From an uncultured Pelagibacteraceae bacterium (GTDB lineage Bacteria; Pseudomonadota; Alphaproteobacteria; Pelagibacterales; AG-422-B15): 60,315 nt of DNA. The position numbers and the translations under genes were made by a program. The DNA is taken from NCBI GenBank assembly GCA_902580665.1, contig CACHLP010000003.1, positions 1-60,315 on the forward strand. Reading direction: 5' to 3'. Every line of letters begins with the position of its first letter. Within the stretch, counting starts at the first letter, position 1. A model generated the notes under the pieces. The model had not been told where the DNA came from and did not search any database. It saw nothing but the letters and a program-made list of their open reading frames with translations. This document shows positions 46,401-55,160 of the stretch, piece after piece.

Positions 46401-47784
46401 ATCTCTCCGTATATTTTTTTACGACCTGTAAAGCTATAAAATTTAGAGCCAAAGTAACAACGAACAAAGTTAAACCCAGAGCAAAAGCTGACTGTGTTTT
46501 TGGGCTATCAAATTCTTGATCACCGATTAAAATAACAACAATCTGAGTAGTAATTGTAGTTGCCGCATCAAGTGGATTAGCTGTTAATTTTGCATTTAAT
46601 CCTGCAGCCATAACAACAATCATTGTCTCCCCAATTGCTCTTGAGACAGCTAATAGAAATGAACCGACAATGCCTGGCAAAGCAGCTGGCAATAATACTT
46701 TTACAATTGTTTCCCTTTTGGTTGCTCCCATGGCATAAGAGCCTTCCCTTAAACTCTGAGGTACAGATTTTATTACATCATCAGAAAGTGATGAAATAAA
46801 TGGTATTATCATTATTCCCATAACAAATCCCGCAGCTAGAGCGCTTTCAGAAGAGACAGTTAGTCCAGCACCCTGACCGATATCTCTCACTAAAGGCGCG
46901 ACAGTTAACGCTGCAAAAAATCCGTATACAACCGTTGGAATGCCAGCAAGAATTTCAATAATTGGCTTAGCCCAATCTCTGACTTTTGGAGAAGCGTATT
47001 CAGACATATAAATGGCTGTGAGTAAGCCAACTGGGACTGAAACACACATTGCAATTAATGCAATAAGAAATGTTCCAGCAAATAATGGAACAGCGCCAAA
47101 TGCATTGGCCAAGTCTCTTGTATCAAGATCTCCAGCTTCTCTAACAAAAACTCTTTGAGGACTCCAATTTAATCCAAATAAAAAATCGGTTATTGGAACT
47201 TGAGAAAAAAAACGCAACGTTTCATATAATAAGGAAAAAATTATTCCAACAGTAGTCATAATAGCGACAAGTGAGCATGTAAAATACAAGACTATTAAAA
47301 ATTTCTCGACAATTTTTCTAGAATTAAGTTTGTGATTAATATTGAATATTGAGTAAAGTACAAGTAAGCCTGAAAACCCAAGAACTGTAACATAAGTTAA
47401 GTTTTCACTCGTCTTATTAATATAATTTAATTTATTTACGGCGCCATCTATAAGAATAGTATTTTCATCAAAAAGTTTTATGCCCATTGCAGTGTTTTCG
47501 ATTTGGGTAAATAATAAACTTAGTTCTGTTTCTGTATAACTGCCAAGTGCTATGAAATCACTTAATACATATTGCTCAATAAAAAATGATTTAAACGAGG
47601 TAATCATCAACAGTATCAACAGCGCCGGCACAACAGCCCATAGAGCTACGTAGTACCCATAATAATGACTAAGTGATTTAAGATTTTTTTGATTTGAAGT
47701 CCTAAGATTTTTTGCTCTTAAATTTCCTAGAAAATAGCTGGTGATACCAATTAGAATAATTAAAGCAATTAATATAAATCCCAT
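46393..47784 (-). CDS. pstC: Phosphate ABC transporter permease PstC (long form)
   Basis: 463 aa. EAA-loop REGSYAMGATKRE. Position between pstS and pstA. Confidence 0.9.
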   Translation of the reverse strand: MGFILIALIILIGITSYFLGNLRAKNLRTSNQKNLKSLSHYYGYYVALWAVVPALLILLMITSFKSFFIEQYVLSDFIALGSYTETELSLLFTQIENTAMGIKLFDENTILIDGAVNKLNYINKTSENLTYVTVLGFSGLLVLYSIFNINHKLNSRKIVEKFLIVLYFTCSLVAIMTTVGIIFSLLYETLRFFSQVPITDFLFGLNWSPQRVFVREAGDLDTRDLANAFGAVPLFAGTFLIALIAMCVSVPVGLLTAIYMSEYASPKVRDWAKPIIEILAGIPTVVYGFFAALTVAPLVRDIGQGAGLTVSSESALAAGFVMGIMIIPFISSLSDDVIKSVPQSLREGSYAMGATKRETIVKVLLPAALPGIVGSFLLAVSRAIGETMIVVMAAGLNAKLTANPLDAATTITTQIVVILIGDQEFDSPKTQSAFALGLTLFVVTLALNFIALQVVKKYTERYD

Positions 47785-47804
47785 ACTTCACCATAATGCT
47801 TATT

Positions 47805-47841
47805 CAACAACTGAGACAAGCATAACTTGCCTCAGTTGTGG
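47805..47841 (-). other. Intercistronic hairpin between pstS and pstC
   Basis: ACAACTGAG-A-CAAG-cataa-CTTG-C-CTCAGTTGT (written on the + strand). 13 paired positions. Confidence 0.55.
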
Positions 47842-47855
47842 ATTAATCAAGTCTT

Positions 47856-48929
47856 TTAGTCTAGATCGAGTGTTTCTAAGTTAGCAACTCTTGATCTTAT
47901 ATCAGATGCATCACCATCAGATAATGCAACTAAACCGATATCAGTTAGATATCCATCTTCGCCCATTGCATCAGGGCTTGTGAAAGCTTCAAGAAACTCT
48001 TCAATTCCTGGCACAACACCTACGTGAGCTTTTTTCACGTAAAACTGTAATGGTCGTGCAATTGGGTAAGAATAATCCTGGATACCGGCAAGCGTTGGCT
48101 GAATTCCAGTTATCGAAGCAGATTTAATTTTATCTTCGTTAGCTAAAAGATAGCTGTAACCAAAGTAACCAAATCTTTCTGGATCCTCTGATAATTTTTG
48201 AACTATTAAAGTGTCATTTTCACCAGCTTCAATAACTCTTCCATCTTCTCGCACTACTGCACATTTTTTCTTTGCCTTTTCACCGGCATTTTCCCAAAGT
48301 GTGTATGCGCCTGCTGCTTTGCAACCTTTTTTCATAATAAGTGAATTCCAAGCATCTCTTGTACCAGATGTCGGCGGTGCAACTAGAATTTCAATTTTAT
48401 GATCAGGTAATGAAGCATCAATGTCAGACCATTTTTCATATGGGTTATCAATTAAATTTCCAGCAATGACATTACCCTCGCCATCTTTTGCAACATTAGC
48501 GGGTACTTTTTCTGCAATTGCTAAAAATAAATGCTCTTGCGTAAAGTCTGCATCGGCAGCATCTAAGCTATGAGCAAGCGTCAAGCCGTCATTACCAATT
48601 GTAATTTCAATTATATCAGTAACGCCATTTTTAGCGCATAATGCCTTTTCTTTACTTTTAATTTTACGAGACGCATTGGTAATATCGGGGTGATCGGTAC
48701 CAACTCCAGCACAGAATAATTTCATTCCACCGCCCGTACCAGTACTCTCAATCACTGGTGTATTAAATTCAGTCTTACCAAATCTCTCAGCAACTACGGT
48801 TGCATAAGGGTATACAGTCGACGAACCAACGATTTTTATAGTATCTCTAGCTTGAGAACTGAATGTAAAAATTGATGAAGCGAAAACTGCAATAATCATT
48901 ATTTTGATTAATCTCATTATTTTCTCCAT
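47856..48929 (-). CDS. pstS: Phosphate ABC transporter substrate-binding protein PstS
   Basis: Signal peptide. IKIVGSSTVYPY and SGTRD blocks. A more likely start is ATG 48917 (MRLIKIM), preceded by GGAG. Confidence 0.85.
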   Translation of the reverse strand: MEKIMRLIKIMIIAVFASSIFTFSSQARDTIKIVGSSTVYPYATVVAERFGKTEFNTPVIESTGTGGGMKLFCAGVGTDHPDITNASRKIKSKEKALCAKNGVTDIIEITIGNDGLTLAHSLDAADADFTQEHLFLAIAEKVPANVAKDGEGNVIAGNLIDNPYEKWSDIDASLPDHKIEILVAPPTSGTRDAWNSLIMKKGCKAAGAYTLWENAGEKAKKKCAVVREDGRVIEAGENDTLIVQKLSEDPERFGYFGYSYLLANEDKIKSASITGIQPTLAGIQDYSYPIARPLQFYVKKAHVGVVPGIEEFLEAFTSPDAMGEDGYLTDIGLVALSDGDASDIRSRVANLETLDLD

Positions 48930-48965
48930 TAAGGTTTAGAATCGTCAATAAATTATTTTGACTTG

Positions 48966-48994
48966 GTTACATGTTTATAACAGTTTTATTACAG
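48966..48994 (-). promoter_or_regulatory. Pho box upstream of pstS
   Basis: Minus strand reads CTGTAAT-aaaa-CTGTTAT-aaac-ATGTAAC, three 7-bp repeats at 11-bp phasing. These are followed by 10 nt and the -10-like TAATTT. Confidence 0.6.
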
Positions 48995-49010
48995 TTTTAT
49001 GAATGTCAGT

Positions 49011-49733
49011 TTATTGTTGATAGTTTAAATAACTGTTTTTATTAAGATATTTAAAGGGAAGATAAATTAATGTGAATATAATAACTGTTAACACAGCCAA
49101 ATAAGGAATGTGCATTGGAGGAGATGGAAATATATCTAAAAGTGTGTTCGCGGCAGGCGTTATCATTAAATACCAATAATTTACACCTTTAAAGAATTGA
49201 GAAATATAAATATTTAGTCCATAAATTATAGGTAATAAACAAACGGCAAACAAAAGAACTCGTAAAACTGACCACCAGGTTAATTGAACCTTCGTACATA
49301 CACAGGCATATATTACACCAAGCAGTAATAAACCATGACCGAAATAATAAGTAATATACTCTGCATCAGGAAATGAGAAATCCAAATCTGGTGTAATGAT
49401 TGCAAGGAAATTTCCACTTAATCCAAAAAAATAACCCACTTCGAAAAAAAATTTAATCTTTGTATACACATATAATCCAATTGATATTGCAGCTATATGG
49501 CAAATGTGCAATGGCAATACTTCGTAAATAGAATGATCATAAAATATCACTCGATAAAATGGCTTTATTATCTCATGAGAAATTAATATAAAACCAATTA
49601 ACAAAAAAATTGATCTAGTTACATTTTTATTATTTATAAATCGAACAAAGAAAGGAAATAAAATTGAAATAATCACAATTGTGAAAATTGTTGCCAAATG
49701 ATGATAACCAAACAAAACAAATTGAGTCGCCAT
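49011..49733 (-). CDS. YwaF/TIGR02206 (TMEM164-like) integral membrane protein
   Basis: 240 aa, ~7 TM helices. The blocks LPLHICHIA and YFFGLSGNFLAIITPDLDFSFPD..YYFGHG resemble the YwaF family. Confidence 0.6.
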   Translation of the reverse strand: MATQFVLFGYHHLATIFTIVIISILFPFFVRFINNKNVTRSIFLLIGFILISHEIIKPFYRVIFYDHSIYEVLPLHICHIAAISIGLYVYTKIKFFFEVGYFFGLSGNFLAIITPDLDFSFPDAEYITYYFGHGLLLLGVIYACVCTKVQLTWWSVLRVLLFAVCLLPIIYGLNIYISQFFKGVNYWYLMITPAANTLLDIFPSPPMHIPYLAVLTVIIFTLIYLPFKYLNKNSYLNYQQ

Positions 49734-49773
49734 ATCTTATTTTAACCAAGATTTGTTAAACTATTATTGCACC

Positions 49774-50868
49774 TTATGAAATGGGTGCAATAGGCAATTC
49801 TACTGAAAATGTACTGCCTTGATTTATTTCACTTTTTATATCTAAATGTCCTCTGTGCTTATTTAAAATATGTTTAACTATGGTTAACCCTAAACCCGTT
49901 CCACCGATTTCTTTTGATCTTGCTGCATCTACACGGTAAAAACGTTCAGTTAATCTTGCAAGATGTTTAGGATGAATGCCTTCGCTTTCATCTTTAACGC
50001 TGATTTTTGATACAAGTTGTGGAAACAGTTTTTTATTATCACTATAATCAGTTTGCTTTTTGATTTTTTCTGCCAATATATCTATTGAGCTGTTTAGTTT
50101 TCCATATTTAATCGAATTATCTATAATATTTGTAAAGACCTGCACCAACTCATCTTCATTTCCCAATACAAATAAACCCTCACTAAGTTGATGGTTGACT
50201 CTTATTTTAATATTCTTTGTCAATGCGTATTCTTTAAGACTTTCAGCCACATTATCTATTGTTTTCAATAAATTAACTTTTTTGGTTGGATGAATATGCT
50301 CATCAGACTCTATTTTAGATACGACAATTAAATCATCTATCAGTCTTTTCATGCGAATTGTTTCTTTATCCATAATACCAAGAAACTTAGACATAGATTT
50401 TTGATCATCTTTTGCTGGACCTCTTATAGTCTCCAAAAAACCCATGATTGTAGCAAGAGGTGTTTTTAGCTCATGACTTACGTTTGCAATGAAAGAAGAG
50501 CGTACTCTTTCAATATTTTTTAAAGGAGTTATATTTTTCATGAGAATAACATAATTGTCTCTTGTGTTAGTTAATTGGAGATGATTTTTCTCATAACTAA
50601 TCTCCACATTGTAAAAATTTGTTGATCTAGGTGATAAACTTCCGTAATCACTATTATATTCAATTATTTCTGTTTCTTTATTTTTATATACATTTTCTAA
50701 TGCCTCTAAAACTATTGGGCTTCTAATTAAGTTTGTTATATTTTGACCAGTATAATTATTTTCAAATAAATCTATTGAATGGGAATTTTGAAAAACAATT
50801 TTTTGATCGGAATCAAGAACGATTATTGCATCTTCTAGCTTATTAAGAATAAAACTGATATTTTCCAT
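49774..50868 (-). CDS. phoR: Phosphate regulon sensor histidine kinase PhoR, without transmembrane region
   Basis: PAS-like N-terminus starts at residue 1. H-box SHELKTPLATI. N/G boxes (DNSIKY, GTGLGLTIVKH). 364 aa. Confidence 0.85.
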   Translation of the reverse strand: MENISFILNKLEDAIIVLDSDQKIVFQNSHSIDLFENNYTGQNITNLIRSPIVLEALENVYKNKETEIIEYNSDYGSLSPRSTNFYNVEISYEKNHLQLTNTRDNYVILMKNITPLKNIERVRSSFIANVSHELKTPLATIMGFLETIRGPAKDDQKSMSKFLGIMDKETIRMKRLIDDLIVVSKIESDEHIHPTKKVNLLKTIDNVAESLKEYALTKNIKIRVNHQLSEGLFVLGNEDELVQVFTNIIDNSIKYGKLNSSIDILAEKIKKQTDYSDNKKLFPQLVSKISVKDESEGIHPKHLARLTERFYRVDAARSKEIGGTGLGLTIVKHILNKHRGHLDIKSEINQGSTFSVELPIAPIS

Positions 50869-50871
50869 TGA

Positions 50872-52365
50872 TTAAACAAATATAATCTTTTGTGATAATT
50901 TTTTGTGCTTTGAAAGCATTAAAATAAATTTATTAAATCTACTGTTTAAAAGTTCTGAATAGTTTTTTGGGATAGAAAATATCAAATTTGAATCTTTTAC
51001 ATAAATACTGATATTGCTGTAATTAAAATTAGATAATTTTCCAATTTCATATACAATTCTTAAGAATAATCCAAGCTCAATACTGCTTAATAATTTATTT
51101 TTATTTATAACTTCTCTATAATCTTTTATCTCATTTAGATCTATTCCATTGTGAAAAACATAAATAACAGTAGCGAGTGTAACTCTGTCAGAATGGCTAA
51201 ACTTTAATATTTCTGATTTTAATATTTGTTTAAATACAAACAATCCCCTCTCGTCACGAGCTATACTGTCTCCCGTTGATAAATAACTTATAGAGGACAC
51301 TCTTATTCTTTTATTTAAATAGGATTTTCTTTTAAAAAAATTATTTGTGAATAATTTAATATTCTCATAATTTACGGCACTAGGATTTAATTCGTTAGAA
51401 ATTGCAGCAACTTTTAATGATTGATATTCAAGCGGATCGCTATTTGAGCTTAAGCTTAATTTATTAGAAATATAACCTTCTCTGATAGCTGTGTATGAAA
51501 TAACTACTTGCTTAGCAGAGGCCTTATTTATTATTTCCATCGCGACCTTGGCTGCGTATCGTATAAATGGTGTTTTATCTTTTGTAATTAATGAATATTG
51601 TTGCAAATCCTTTTTTTTAAAATTTGAAACTTCTTCAAGCATTGATACAAAGTTGTCAAAATCAGGTTTGAAATGATGAATGACTTTGAGAGGATAGCTG
51701 TACTTATCAAAATATAATTTAACTAAAGCTCTCCACGTGCCGCCTGTAAGGATTACCCTTTTAAACTTATTTTCATTAAGCCATTCAGTATTTTGTAGAG
51801 AGTTTTTGAATTTTTCTATTATTTTTTTATTTTTAGTTTTTGCTCTGTGAACACCTAGAGGCAAAGACAATGTATTCATTATTTCTTTCTTTTTAACTTC
51901 TGCGAGTTCTAAGCTGCCACCGCCGAGATCGGCAACGAGACCACTTGATTTTTTTAGGCCAACAATACACCCCATGGCAGAAAATTTTGCTTCTTCATCG
52001 CCAGTTAATACATGTATTTTCTTTTTAAAAATATTTTCTACATCAGCAACAAATGATTCTCTATTTCTAGCAACACGGACAGCTTCTGTTGCAAAAATTT
52101 CAAAATTTTTAATATTTGATGAGTCTATCAATTCCTTTATATAATAGAACGCATTCATTGCTCTTTTTATAGAGTCTTTATTAAGCTTATTGTTTTTAAT
52201 TAGATCTTTACCTAACCCACATGAAATTTTTTTATTAAAAATAGCTATCTGATTATACCTAAAGTTTTCAAAAATTTGAAAACGAACTGTATCAGAGCCA
52301 ATATCAATTATTGCAATGCGTTCGTCTTTAAAAAATAATTTTTTTTTGGGAATTAAATTATTCAT
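50872..52365 (-). CDS. ppx: Exopolyphosphatase (Ppx/GppA family)
   Basis: ASKHA-fold N-terminus IAIIDIGSDTVRF and DLGGGSLE. 497 aa. 8-nt overlap with ppk. Confidence 0.85.
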   Translation of the reverse strand: MNNLIPKKKLFFKDERIAIIDIGSDTVRFQIFENFRYNQIAIFNKKISCGLGKDLIKNNKLNKDSIKRAMNAFYYIKELIDSSNIKNFEIFATEAVRVARNRESFVADVENIFKKKIHVLTGDEEAKFSAMGCIVGLKKSSGLVADLGGGSLELAEVKKKEIMNTLSLPLGVHRAKTKNKKIIEKFKNSLQNTEWLNENKFKRVILTGGTWRALVKLYFDKYSYPLKVIHHFKPDFDNFVSMLEEVSNFKKKDLQQYSLITKDKTPFIRYAAKVAMEIINKASAKQVVISYTAIREGYISNKLSLSSNSDPLEYQSLKVAAISNELNPSAVNYENIKLFTNNFFKRKSYLNKRIRVSSISYLSTGDSIARDERGLFVFKQILKSEILKFSHSDRVTLATVIYVFHNGIDLNEIKDYREVINKNKLLSSIELGLFLRIVYEIGKLSNFNYSNISIYVKDSNLIFSIPKNYSELLNSRFNKFILMLSKHKKLSQKIIFV

Positions 52366-54487
52366 AACGCATCAGAGAGAGTAGTTTCTTCGGCTTTCTA
52401 TTTCCTTTTAATTTTCCTCTACCTGACAAACTTGGATTTGACATGAAGTATTTATGTGCATTAAACGTCTTACCTTTTTGTTTAACTCTTTTGTATGTGC
52501 CATCATCGTTCATTATCCACGTTTGCTCATTATCTAGGAAATTGGCAACCATTATTTGATTCAATATTTGCTCATGGACAGTGGAGTTCTTTATGGGGGT
52601 TAATATTTCAACTCTTCTATCCAGATTTCTAGGCATAAGATCAGCTGATCCAATTAAAACGGTGTTGTTTTTTGATGGTATATTAGATTCGTTTGCAAAA
52701 CAGAAGATTCTAGCATGCTCTAAATACCGGCCAATGATACTTTTAACAACAATATTTTCAGAAAGTTTTTTAACTCCTGGTCTTAAGCAGCAAATTCCTC
52801 TAATGAACAATTCAATTTTTACTCCCGCTGCAGAAGCCTCATAAAGCTTGGAGATCATTTGAGGGTCAACCAAAGAGTTCATTTTAAGCCAGATACCAGA
52901 TGGTTTACTTTTCTTTGCATTTTTAATTTCATTATCAATCATTGCATTAATTTGATTTCGCATTGCGGGTGGAGAGAGCACTATATCATTTAATTTCATT
53001 GGAGAAGCATACCCAGTCATGTAATTAAAGATTCTTTCAATATCTTTGCAGATTTTTTCATCTGCTGTAAATAATGACAGGTCTTCATAAGTTTTAGCGT
53101 TTTTTGGATGATAGTTTCCTGTGCCAACATGTACATAGCTTTTTAATTTGCCTGCTTCTCTTCTGATAATTAGGCTTGCCTTTGCGTGCGTCTTCAATTG
53201 AGCAAAACCGTATACAATTTGAACTCCTGATTTCTCCATTTGATTGGCAAGAGCTAAATTAGATTCCTCATCAAATCTTGCTTTTATCTCAACAACAGCT
53301 GTAACACTCTTACCGTTATCTGCTGCTTTTGTAAGGGCTTTTATAATTGGACTATCAGCAGTGGTTCTGTAAATCGTTTGTTTAATTGCTACTACTTTTG
53401 GATCTATAGCGGCCTGATTTAAATAATCAACAACGACATCAAAAGTTTCATATGGATGATGGACAACAAAATCTTTTGATCTGATGGCAGCAAAACAATT
53501 ATTATCAAATTGCTTTAACCTTTCAACAGGTCTTGAAATAAATTTTTTAAATTTTAATTTTGGTCTATTTAAATTATTTATCTGCGATAAATCTTGTAAA
53601 CCAACATGCTTTGATAGAGCAATGACTTGCGCATCTTTAAGATTCAAATTTTTTTTTAAAAAGTTTTTCTTTTTAGATGATATATTTTTTAAAATTTCTA
53701 GCCTTACTATTTCCCCTCTTTTTCTTTTTGTTAATGCTTTTTCAAAGTATTTAATAACATCTTCATCGTCTTCATATTCGTAATCGATATCACTGTCTCT
53801 TATAACTCTGAATATTGCACTATCCAACAATTTAGAATTTGGGAATAGATCTTTAAAAAAATATCTAATAATATCTTCAACAAATAAATAGTATTCTTTT
53901 TTACCCTCTTGAATAAACACAAGTCTGTTTAATGCTCGCGGAACAATGATTACCGAATTAAACGGTTTATTTGAACCTCCTGCCACTAAACTCAATGAAA
54001 TACACAGTCCTTCATTTGGAATAAATGGAAATGGATGCACTGGGTCAATTGAAATTGGCGTTAATATAGGCAGTATTTCTTCATTAAAAAGTTTCTTTAG
54101 ATTTTTTCTCAATCTTATATTTAATTTATTAGGCGTAATATGAATTATTTTTTCTGCATTTAATTCTCTAACAAGCTTTCTAAAAGAAACATCCTGACTC
54201 TTAAATATTTTAGCAGATGCATTTTGTGCTGCTTTTAATTGCTGATGTCCAGTCATGCCGTCATGGCTTATTTTGTTTGGATTATTTTCTATTTCATCCA
54301 AAAGACTTGGTATTCTTACCATATAAAATTCGTCCAGATTACTTGCAGAAATTGAGAGAAAATTAACTCTTTCGATTAACGGCACTTTAGCATCATTAGC
54401 CTCATCTAAAACTCTTTGGTTAAAAAGAAGCCATGATAATTCTCTGTTTAAGAACTTATTGTCTGAATTTGTATTTTTTCTTATCAT
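52358..54487 (-). CDS. ppk: Polyphosphate kinase 1
   Basis: NRELSWLLFNQRVLDEA N-terminal signature and two PLD-like HKD-type C-domains. Start set at ATG 54487 (MIRKNTNSD) rather than the longer track ORF. Confidence 0.9.
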   Translation of the reverse strand: MIRKNTNSDNKFLNRELSWLLFNQRVLDEANDAKVPLIERVNFLSISASNLDEFYMVRIPSLLDEIENNPNKISHDGMTGHQQLKAAQNASAKIFKSQDVSFRKLVRELNAEKIIHITPNKLNIRLRKNLKKLFNEEILPILTPISIDPVHPFPFIPNEGLCISLSLVAGGSNKPFNSVIIVPRALNRLVFIQEGKKEYYLFVEDIIRYFFKDLFPNSKLLDSAIFRVIRDSDIDYEYEDDEDVIKYFEKALTKRKRGEIVRLEILKNISSKKKNFLKKNLNLKDAQVIALSKHVGLQDLSQINNLNRPKLKFKKFISRPVERLKQFDNNCFAAIRSKDFVVHHPYETFDVVVDYLNQAAIDPKVVAIKQTIYRTTADSPIIKALTKAADNGKSVTAVVEIKARFDEESNLALANQMEKSGVQIVYGFAQLKTHAKASLIIRREAGKLKSYVHVGTGNYHPKNAKTYEDLSLFTADEKICKDIERIFNYMTGYASPMKLNDIVLSPPAMRNQINAMIDNEIKNAKKSKPSGIWLKMNSLVDPQMISKLYEASAAGVKIELFIRGICCLRPGVKKLSENIVVKSIIGRYLEHARIFCFANESNIPSKNNTVLIGSADLMPRNLDRRVEILTPIKNSTVHEQILNQIMVANFLDNEQTWIMNDDGTYKRVKQKGKTFNAHKYFMSNPSLSGRGKLKGNRKPKKLLSLMRYE

Positions 54488-54497
54488 TATTAGAGTG

Positions 54498-55013
54498 ATG
54501 AAGCATTTATATCTATTGAGACACGCTAAATCAAGTTGGGATGATCCTAGTTTAACTGATTTTGGGAGACCTCTTTCAAAAAGAGGAAAAAACAATTGTA
54601 ATAAAATTGAAACATTTCTTTCACAAAAAAAAATAATACCTGATATTTCCTATGTTTCATCTGCAAGAAGAACTGTTGATACATTTAATTTAGTTCTTGG
54701 AAAAATACTAAAGGCAACTTCGAAGGTTGTTTTTAGCAATAAATTGTATTTATGTGACGAAATCTACCTTTTTGACTTAATCAAAAACACTGAAAATAAT
54801 TATTCAAATATTTTAATCGTTAATCATGAGCCCACAATTCGAAATTTAACAATGGATTTAAGTGTACCCACCAAAGATGAAAAATACTTAAATATTAAAA
54901 ATAAATTTCCAACTGGTAGTCTTGCAATATTAAAATCTGATTTAAAAGATTGGAGTGATTTAAAATATAATTCATTTAAAGTTACAGATTTTGTTCGACC
55001 TAGATTCTTATAG
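54498..55013 (+). CDS. Histidine-phosphatase superfamily protein (SixA-like)
   Basis: LYLLRHAKS (RH catalytic motif) directly after ATG 54498. ..NHEP.. block. ~171 aa. Confidence 0.65.
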   Translation: MKHLYLLRHAKSSWDDPSLTDFGRPLSKRGKNNCNKIETFLSQKKIIPDISYVSSARRTVDTFNLVLGKILKATSKVVFSNKLYLCDEIYLFDLIKNTENNYSNILIVNHEPTIRNLTMDLSVPTKDEKYLNIKNKFPTGSLAILKSDLKDWSDLKYNSFKVTDFVRPRFL

Positions 55014-55160
55014 ATTATATTGATGCAGCGTAATCAATTATGCTATTTTGAATTTTTATTAATACATCGTTATCGGAGGTTGATTTTATCCAATTATTAT
55101 TTTTTATTTAAAATTTATTAAGATGAATACTGTATAAAAAAATTTTTTTTCGAAGTGTTG

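Noticed and set aside
54459-54595. N-terminal extensions of the ppk ORF (to 54595) and the SixA-like ORF (from 54459) given in the track, which would make the two genes overlap head-to-head by 137 nt.
   Set aside because: The extensions have no similarity to the respective families. Internal ATGs at 54487 and 54498 sit immediately before the conserved N-terminal signatures.
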